The position numbers were made by a program, and so were the translations under genes. From Octopus vulgaris (taxonomy: Eukaryota), in the NCBI GenBank assembly GCA_951406725.2, contig OX597817.1:164796001-164860000 (forward strand): DNA of 64,000 nt, given 5' to 3'. Shown here in pieces: positions 52,889 to 61,640 of this stretch (the stretch's first letter is position 1; the number at the start of each line of letters is the position of its first letter). The notes beneath the pieces are model-generated. The model did no database searches, was not told where the DNA came from, and saw only the letters and a program-made list of their open reading frames with translations.

Positions 52889-55800
52889 AAATTCACTGTG
52901 GAGAAACTTTTTCACCCAAAAAATTTTCGAAAATTTTCACCGAAAATATTCTACAAAAATTTGTCAAAAATATTCACCGAAAATTTTACCCAAAAAGTTT
53001 TCAAAAATTTTCACCGAAAATTTTACCCAAAAATTTTTCAACCTTTTCACCAAAATTTTTCGAGAATTTTCACCGAAAATTTTTAGGAAATTGGCACTAC
53101 TGGCCTTCCATACTTTGTGATTTATCCGAAAATTTTAACCCAAAAAGTTTTCGAAAATTTCACCCAAAATGTTTTGAAAAATTTTCACTGAATATTTTCC
53201 CCCAAAATTTTTCGAAAATGTTCACCCAAAATAATCAAGTAAAATGTTTTCGAAAATTTTCACTGAAAATTTTCACCGAAAATTTAAATCCAAAAATTTT
53301 TCGAAAATTTTAACCGAAAATTTTCATCCTAAAATTTTACCCAAAATTTTTCCGAAAATTTTAACCAAAATTTTTCGAGAATTTTACCCAAAACTTTTTC
53401 GAACTTTTCACTCCAAAAGGATTTTGAAAATTTTTAACCAAAAAGATTTCGAAAATTTTCACCGAATATTTTACCCAAAAATTTTCCGAAAATTTTAACT
53501 AAATTTTTTTCGAAAATTTTCACCGAAAATTTTAACTAAAAAGTTTTCGAAAATTTTCACCAAAAATTTTTCGAACATTTCACCAAAAATTTTTCGAAAA
53601 TTTACACCGAAAATGTTACCCGAAAATTTTACGGAAATTGGCACCGCTGGCTTTCCATACTTTGTGATTTGGGCACCGCTGGCCTTCCATACTTTGTGAT
53701 TTTCGCACCACTGGCCATCCGTACTTTGTGATTTTGGCACCGCTGGTCTTCCAACATTTTCGATAGTTTTCACAGAAGATTTTCCTAAAAAATTATTCAA
53801 AAATTTACCCCAAAAATTTGTAGAAAATTTTATCCAAAAATTTTCACCCAAAATTTTAACCAAAAATTTTTCCCATAAATTTTTCGAAAATTTCACCAAA
53901 AAATTTTTCGAAAATTTTCACCGAAAATATTCTCCAAAAATTTGTCAAAAATGTTCACCGAAAATTTTACCCAAAAAGTTATCGAAAACTATTACCGAAA
54001 ATTTTACCTTAACATTTTTCCGAAAATTTTAACCAAAAAGTTTTCGAAAATTTTCACCGAAAATTTTAACCTTTTTGGTTAAAATTTTACCCAAAACTTT
54101 TTCGAACTTTTCACCACAAAATGTTTTTGAAAATTTTGATTGAATATTTTCCCCAAAAATTTTTCGAAAATTTTCACCGAAAATATCAAATAAAAAGTTT
54201 TGAAAAATTTTCACTGAATATTTTCCCCGAAAATTTAATCCAAAAATTTTTCGAAAATTTCACCCAAAAAGTTTTCGAAAATTTTCAACGAAAATATTCT
54301 CCTAAAATTTGTCGAAAATGTTCACCGAAAATTTCACCCAAAAAGTTTTCGAGAATTTCACCCTAAAATTTTTCCGAAAATTTTAACCAAAAAGATTTCG
54401 AAAATTTTCACCAAAAATTTTTCGAACATTTCACCAAAAATTTTTCGAAAATTTACACCGAAAATGTTACCCGAAAATTTTACGGAAATTGGCACCGCTG
54501 GCTTTCCATACTTTGTGATTTGGGCATCGCTCTCTTTCAATACTTGGTGATTTTTGCACCACTGGCCTTCCATACTTTGTGATTTTCGCACCACTGGCCA
54601 TCCGTACTTTGTGATTTTGGCACCGCTGGCCTTCCAACATTTTCGAAAGTTTTCGCAGAAGATTTTCCTAAAAAATTATTCAAAAATTTACCCAAAAAAT
54701 TTGTAGATTTTATCCAAAAATTTTCCAAAAATTTTCAACGAAATTTTTCAAAAATTTTAAAAAATTTTCACCCAAATTTTACCCAAAAATTTTTCCCATA
54801 AATTTTTTGAAAATTTCACCCAAAATTTTTCTAAAATTTTAACCGACAATATTCTCCAAAAATTTGTCAAAATGTTCACCGAAAATTCTACCCAAAAAAT
54901 TTTCAAAAATTTTCACCGAAAATTTTAATCAAAAATTTTCCTAAAATTTTAGCCAAAAAGTTTTCGAAAATTTTAGCCAAAACTTTTTCGAACTTTTCAC
55001 CCCAAAATGTTTTTGAAAATTTTCACTGAATATTTTCCCCAAAAATTTTTCGAAAATATTAAGTGAAAAGTTTTCGAAAATTTTCACTGAAAATTTTCAC
55101 CGAAAATTTAACCCAAAAATTTTTCGAAAATATCACCCAAAAAGTTTTCGAAAATATTCTCCTAAATTTTGTCGGAAATGTTCACCGAAAATTTCACCCA
55201 AAAAGTTTTCGAGAATTTTACCCTAAAATTTTTCCGAAAATTTTAACCAAAAATATTTCGAAAATTTTCACCGAATATTTTACCCAAAAATTTTCCGAAA
55301 ATTTTAACCAAATTTTTTTCGAAAATTTTCACCGAAAATTTTATCCAAAAATTTTCCGAAAATTTTAACCAAAAAGTTTTCGAAAATTTTCACCAAAAAT
55401 TTTTCGAACATTTCACCAGAAATTTTTCAAAAATTTACACAGAAAATTTTACGGAAATTGGCACCTCTGGCTTTCCATACTTTGTGATTTGGGCACCGCT
55501 GTCTTTCCATACTTTGTGATTTTTGCACCACTGCCTTCCATACTTTGTGATTTTCGCACCACTGGCCATCCGTACTTTGTGATTTTGGCACCGCTGGCCT
55601 TTTCGAAAGTTTTCACCGATTTTCCTAAAAAATTATTCAAAAATTTACGCCAAAAATTTGTAGAAAATTTTATCCAAAAATTTTCCAAAAATTTTCACCG
55701 AAATTTTTCAAAAATTTTTCTAAAATTTTCACCGAAAATTTTACACAAAATTTAATAGAAAATTTTGACCAAAAATTTTCCAAAAATTTTCACCGAAATT

Positions 55801-56260
55801 TTTCAAAAGTTTTTGTAAAATTTTCACTGCAAATTTTACACAAAAATTTTCACCGAAATTTTTCAAAAATCTTTCGGAAATTTTCACCGAAAATATCAAG
55901 TAAAAAGTTTTCGCAAATTTTCACCGAAAACTTAACCCCAAAACTTTTCCCATAAATTTTTTCGAAAATCTCCCCCAAAGTTTTCGAAAATTTTCAACGA
56001 AAATTTTACCCACAAATTTTCCGAAAATTTTAACCAAAAATTTTTCGAAAATTTTCACCGAAAATATCAAGTAAAAAGTTTTCGAAGATTTTCACTGAAA
56101 ATTTTCACCGAAAATATTAAAAAGTTTTCGAAAATTTTCACTGAAAATTTTCATCGAAAATATCAAGTAAAAAGTTTTTGAAAATTTTCACTGAAAATTT
56201 TCACCGAAAATTTAACCCAAAAATTTTTAATCACTGTATGTATATATATATATATATATA

Positions 56261-56852
56261 CATACTGATCGAAAAAAAGGATGCCAAAATGGCCGAGAAT
56301 GTGAACTCCTTCACCCAAAGATGTGCCGCAATTCGCTGAGAAAAAAAGAATGTTTTGGTGAGAATTGCAAATTTATGCACCGGAAGGGTACAATTCGCAT
56401 AAAAACTACTGAACCCACACCACCAGGACCAAGCTCAGCAGGGTATGAAAACCATTTCCCAAAAATGCGGAAACCAGGTCATGGCTCAGCAGGGTATGAA
56501 AAACCATTTCCCAAAAATGCGGAACCCAGGTCATGGCTCAACAGTGAATGAAAATCATGCTACTCAATTGCATACATCAGCTGTAACAAACCCAAACTCG
56601 CAGAAATTCGATATAGTAATGAATGAAAACAGTTTTTTAGGCATAATCTACCAACTACAACAACAGCTGTACTCCATACAGACGACTCAGCAAAACCAGG
56701 CAACATTGATACAAAGGCTGACACCTGGACTTACAGGGCACATACAACAAATACAGACAGCCCAGCAGACCGAATATCCAGTCAGCACAGTCCCAGCAAC
56801 TACAACAGTCTTGCCAACAATAGGGCAGATGTATCCGGTACAACAAGCATAA
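56261..56852 (+). CDS. LINE ORF1, C-terminal part (CCCH zinc fingers, Q-rich tail), with a 1-nt frameshift near 56500
   Basis: HTDRKKGCQNGRECELLHPKMCRNSLRKKECFGENCKFMH gives C-x8-C-x4-C-x3-H. An extra A in the second 51-bp repeat shifts the frame. TAA at 56850-56852. Confidence 0.7.
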
Positions 56853-57730
56853 TAACAGCAAATATCCAGGGTCTTTATCCGAAAACAAAACAGTGTAAAG
56901 TCCCTTTCTTGGAAGAATTAGCAAGAGAAAACAACTCCAAAATAATTGGAATTACTGAAAGTCATCTCAACGAAAACATCCGCAACAGCGAAATCACAAT
57001 CAATAGATTCAACATCTTCAGATGTGATAGACAAGGCAGATCCCATGGGGGCGTTATCATGTATATCCATGATACCTATGCATGCATAGAACTTGTCAAT
57101 GAATCAAATGCCTACTGCAACCTGCTGTGCATAAAAATCATCCAACTTAATACAGTTGTAACAATAATGTACAGACCGCCAAACAGCCCAACATTATCCT
57201 TCACTGAGCCACTGACGAAGCTCCAACAAATTCTGGGAAACATGGCAAGTCCAATGCCAGACATTATCCTCCTTGGTGACTTCAACTTCCCTAACATCAT
57301 CTGGCCACATGGACACATACTAAAACTGGGGACAAAAGCTGAACAAATACAGGCAGCCAAACTGTTGGAAGTCACAGAGAAATTATACCTCAAACAAATG
57401 ATGACAGAAGCAACAAGAAATAATAATACGATCGACTTGGTTTTCACCAACAACGAGGACACGCTATTTGACCTTCACTCAACCCCAACAATCCTTTCAG
57501 ACCACAATATTATTGAAATGCATTTACACATTGGTAATGAGCCCAATGCCATAACTCTTAAACAAAAGGACATGCCAAAGCTATGCAGGTATGATTATCA
57601 CCAGGCAAATTGGGAAACTATTAACAACCAGTTACAAATCATTGACTGGGATCTCTACCTTACTGGGCCAGATAAACACAAGAAATTCTTAAACAAGGTC
57701 GAAGAAATATGTGAAAAAATGTTCCTCTAA
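56627..57730 (+). CDS. LINE ORF2 N-terminal part: APE-type endonuclease, no initiating AUG
   Basis: The frame is open from 56627. Motifs ANIQGL, ITESHL, DR..RSHGGV, YRPP, GDFN, IDLVF and SDH. Confidence 0.9.
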   Translation, partial: KQFFRHNLPTTTTAVLHTDDSAKPGNIDTKADTWTYRAHTTNTDSPADRISSQHSPSNYNSLANNRADVSGTTSIITANIQGLYPKTKQCKVPFLEELARENNSKIIGITESHLNENIRNSEITINRFNIFRCDRQGRSHGGVIMYIHDTYACIELVNESNAYCNLLCIKIIQLNTVVTIMYRPPNSPTLSFTEPLTKLQQILGNMASPMPDIILLGDFNFPNIIWPHGHILKLGTKAEQIQAAKLLEVTEKLYLKQMMTEATRNNNTIDLVFTNNEDTLFDLHSTPTILSDHNIIEMHLHIGNEPNAITLKQKDMPKLCRYDYHQANWETINNQLQIIDWDLYLTGPDKHKKFLNKVEEICEKMFL

Positions 57731-59838
57731 AGAAAACCAAGTCCACAAAAAAACCTGTACCACGGGAGCGAAAGATCCTGATGCGCAAAAGGTCAAGACT
57801 AAGAAACAAAACATCTAAGCTGACATCAAAACATGAATTACAGAAAGTCCTTGACCAAATATACAGATTAGAAGACAATCTAAAACAACACTATGATGAA
57901 GAACGTAACAATGCAGAAAAGAGAGCCATAGAAAACATCAAGAAAAATCCAAAATGTTTCTACAGTTTTGCAAAGAAATACTCGAACACCAAGTCAACAG
58001 TAGGACCTCTCCAGAGACAAAATGGGGATGTGGTGAATAACCCTATTGAAATGGCAGAAATGTTGGGTCAACAGTATGAAAGTGTCTTCAGTGAGCCATC
58101 TAAAACCATGAAGATCCATGACCCAGGAAAATTCTTCAAGGATATCGACCATACTAAACCTACCCTATCCGACATTGATTTCAACCCAGAAGACATAGCA
58201 AGAGCCATAGACAAGCTCTCCATGCACTCGGCTGCGGGGCCTGACGGTTTCAATGCCATGATACTTAAAAACTGCAAGGTACAATTGTCGAAACCCCTTT
58301 ACATGATATGGAGGGAATCTATGGAGAATGGCAAAATACCAAATACATATAAAGAAGCACACATAACTCCAATACATAAAGGGGACAGCAAATCAAAACC
58401 AAAGAACTACCGACCAATCTCACTGACATCACACATTATCAAGGTCTTCGAAAGAATAGTTCGTGGAAAACTGGTTGAGTTCCTGGAATCCAACAATCTG
58501 ATGAATTGCAACCAGCATGGATTCAGGTTAGGTAGATCATGCCTTTCCCAACTACTGACACACCATGACCAAATCCTAGAAAATCTAGAGAATGGATACA
58601 ACACAGATGTTATCTACCTCGACTTTGCCAAGGCATTTGACAAGGTAGATCATGGCATCCTGGGTCACAAACTTCGAAAGCTAGGAGTAGGAGGAAAAGT
58701 TGGTACATGGATACATGAGTTCCTTACAAATAGAACTCAAACAGTCACTGTGAATGGAACCCATTCAACACCATCACCTGTGACCAGCAGTGTTCCTCAG
58801 GGTACAGTACTCGGCCCAATCCTGTTTCTCATCCTCATCTCTGACATAGATGAAGATACAACCAGCAACGTCTCATCCTTTGCTGATGACACCAGGGTCA
58901 TGAGACAAATCAAAGACGAGGTGGATATAGAGGCCTTACAAAAGGACCTGACCACCATATATAAATGGCAGGAAACAAACAACATGTTGTTCAATGATAA
59001 GAAGTTTGAACTAATTCGCTACGGAACAGATCAAGATCTGAAAAATACAACAAACTACAGAAACCCATCAGGACAACAAATAATGGAAAAACAGTATGTG
59101 AAAGATTTAGGCATCCACATGGGAACCAACCTAAAATTCAGAGAACACCTTGACTCAGTCTGTCTTACTGCAAGAAAGTACAGCGGGTGGATCTTGCGCA
59201 CCTTCAAATCAAGAGATACCTCAACAATGAAAACCCTCTGGAACAGTATGATACTTCCGAGGATTGACTACTGTTCTCAGTTGTGGTCACCAACAACAAA
59301 GGGCCAACTATCTAAGATAGAATCGCTCCAAAGAAATTTTACCTCATACTTCTCAGAAACGAGGGACCTGGACTATTGGCAAAGACTCAAAACCTTGAGG
59401 ATGTACTCAATAGAAAGAAGATTTGAGCGATACCGAATTATATACATTTGGAAAATGATAGAGCAGAAGGTGCCAAACTTTGGTATCAAAACCTACCACT
59501 CACTGCGCCACGGAAGACGCTGCCAGCTGCCACCAATCAACAAAAAGGCTGGCCAGGCAGCAAAAACCATGCGAGAATCAAGTCTGTTGGTTCGAGGAGC
59601 ACAACTGTTCAACTCCATTCCGGTACATGTCAGAAATCTATCAGGATGCAGTGTGGAATCATTCAAATTGCAACTGGATAGATACTTAAGCACCATTAGA
59701 GATGAACCCCATCTCCCAGGATATACACAACGAGCACAAACTGACTCAAACTCGCTCCTACACATGTCAAAATTAAACAGAGAATACAACCTGGCAACCA
59801 CACCAGACTCTGAGGGTGGAGTCTTCGACTTGGCCTGA
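57718..59838 (+). CDS. LINE ORF2 C-terminal part: reverse transcriptase
   Basis: Motifs AGPDG, NYRPISLTS, QHGFR, YLDFAKAFDKVDH, VPQGTVLGP, FADD and KDLG. One extra A in the A6 run at 57714-57719 would join it to the endonuclease frame. Confidence 0.95.
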   Translation, partial: NVPLKKTKSTKKPVPRERKILMRKRSRLRNKTSKLTSKHELQKVLDQIYRLEDNLKQHYDEERNNAEKRAIENIKKNPKCFYSFAKKYSNTKSTVGPLQRQNGDVVNNPIEMAEMLGQQYESVFSEPSKTMKIHDPGKFFKDIDHTKPTLSDIDFNPEDIARAIDKLSMHSAAGPDGFNAMILKNCKVQLSKPLYMIWRESMENGKIPNTYKEAHITPIHKGDSKSKPKNYRPISLTSHIIKVFERIVRGKLVEFLESNNLMNCNQHGFRLGRSCLSQLLTHHDQILENLENGYNTDVIYLDFAKAFDKVDHGILGHKLRKLGVGGKVGTWIHEFLTNRTQTVTVNGTHSTPSPVTSSVPQGTVLGPILFLILISDIDEDTTSNVSSFADDTRVMRQIKDEVDIEALQKDLTTIYKWQETNNMLFNDKKFELIRYGTDQDLKNTTNYRNPSGQQIMEKQYVKDLGIHMGTNLKFREHLDSVCLTARKYSGWILRTFKSRDTSTMKTLWNSMILPRIDYCSQLWSPTTKGQLSKIESLQRNFTSYFSETRDLDYWQRLKTLRMYSIERRFERYRIIYIWKMIEQKVPNFGIKTYHSLRHGRRCQLPPINKKAGQAAKTMRESSLLVRGAQLFNSIPVHVRNLSGCSVESFKLQLDRYLSTIRDEPHLPGYTQRAQTDSNSLLHMSKLNREYNLATTPDSEGGVFDLA

Positions 59839-59967
59839 GCATGGACTCAAACCCAAATGAAATGAAATATATATATATATATATATGCAAAATTCACTGC
59901 GGAGAAACTTTTTTAACACTGTGTATATATATCTTTATAAAATTAACTGTGGAGAGACTTTTGAACA

Positions 59968-60033
<66 letters not shown>

Positions 60034-60104
60034 CACTGTGGAGAGAATTTTGAACACTGTGTATATATATATATACATATATATATATAAATTTACATAT
60101 ATAT

Positions 60105-61243
60105 AGTTACGACAGGGTGGGACCTCCGATTCGAACTGTTACGGAAATCCTCACACAGGCCCGTTCGATGCAGCGAATAAGCTACGGAAACTCGTCGGAG
60201 AGAGGAGAGAGAGGAGATATACACAACAACAACAACAACAACAACAGCAGCAGCCCAGAGGCAATCGAGAGAGACGCAATGAGGCAAAACGGCAACAACT
60301 GCTGGCTTACATTCAACAACAGTTTATATGACAATCAATTGTTACACATCAAGATACATCAACGCATTTAAGGGAAACAACAAATCAATACATCATACAA
60401 CAGATCAAAGCATTTAAACATGCATGTAACAATATAACAGTGTTCATACACAAAACAAGTTCAGATCAAATAATGTTCACGATACGTCACAGTCCAATCA
60501 GAACACTTCGATACATTATACAATGTTCGTATCACAACAATTCACGTTACAATTCAAAGTTCATTATCGTCTACATCAGAGTCCTTCTTTTTCTCTCTTC
60601 TTTCTCTTCTTTTCTTTTACATCGTAACACGTATCAATACATAATCAAATACCTTAATTTCTAACTGAAAAGCCAGTGTCCCATCCTGCATTCCATCTCT
60701 CTCTCAATACTGCTAACTCCAGCTCGCCAGCTCTCGCCTCCCAATCGCTTGCTCCTAAAATTCCAACTCCTTGCCGACTTCCAAGATCCGTCTGTGCTCT
60801 TCAACGACCGACTACCAACTACCCAAAACCTCACTTGCTCTCTCTCCTTCCCACTACCCTAATCTCCATCTATCCCTACTGCTTATAGCCTCTCTATCTG
60901 CCCTGGTCCCTAACTGCCTATCTCTATCGCCCGCTGCTGCTACCCTCTCATGATAGCTCTGCCAGACTCTCTGCCTGTCCTTCTCTGCCCCCTCATCCTC
61001 TCTCACTGCTAATATCCTCTCTATCTGCTCTCAGCCCTTACTCTAACTTTATCTCACTACTGCTAGATTCTTCCTCACATCTCTCTCTGACCCCTAATCG
61101 ACCGCACAAGGTCAAAGAGGTCCCTCCAAAACCCCATTAATCTCCCAGTAAACAAAGGGCTGTCTCTTTTCTTCCAGTCCTGCCGGCACCATCATTCAGA
61201 AAGTGGGTCACCAAGAAATACTGCACTAGCCAAACCCATAACA
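60105..61243. mobile_element. solo LTR, second full-length copy
   Basis: Collinear with 27393-28531 (first base T>A) and has the same flanks. Confidence 0.8.
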
Positions 61244-61640
61244 ATATATATAAATTCACTGAGAGACTTTTTCACCAAAAAGTTTTCGAAAATTTTCACC
61301 GAAAATATTCTCCAAAAATTTGTCAAAAATGTTCACCGAATGTTTTACCCAAAAAGTTTTCGAAAATTTCCACCGAAAATTTTACCCAAAAATTTTCCGA
61401 CAATTTTAACCAAAAAGTTTTCGAAAATTTTCACCGAAAATTTTACCCCAAAATTTTTCGAACTTTTCATCAAAAATTTTTCGAAAATTTTCACCGCTGG
61501 CTTTCCATACCTTCTGATTTTGGCCGCGCTGGCCTTCCATACTTTGTGATTTTGGCACCACTGGCCTTCCATACATTTTTCGAAAATTTTCCCCCAAAAA
61601 TTTGTAGAAAAATTTAACCAAAGAATTTTCCAACCCATAA
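61244..61640. repeat. A4T4 satellite with a 32-bp island
   Basis: Near-copy of 29670-30156. Confidence 0.9.

Larger units (their letters stand above)
37106..56260. repeat. composite A4T4 satellite domain with higher-order duplications
   Basis: A4T4 blocks, 32-bp islands, TA modules and four truncated LTR copies. Confidence 0.92.
56261..59868 (+). mobile_element. 5'-truncated non-LTR retrotransposon (CR1 group) inserted in (TA)n
   Basis: Partial ORF1, APE endonuclease and RT, a very short 3' UTR and an (AAATG)n tail. Rejoining the flanks gives the uninterrupted module seen at 42516-42580. Confidence 0.93.

Noticed and set aside
26312-55755. K/F/I/N-rich ORFs on both strands
   Set aside because: Translations of the A4T4 satellite.
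57710-57730. A second programmed frameshift between endonuclease and RT
   Set aside because: No canonical X_XXY_YYZ heptamer in phase. A one-base loss in the A6 run (mutation or sequencing error) explains it more simply.
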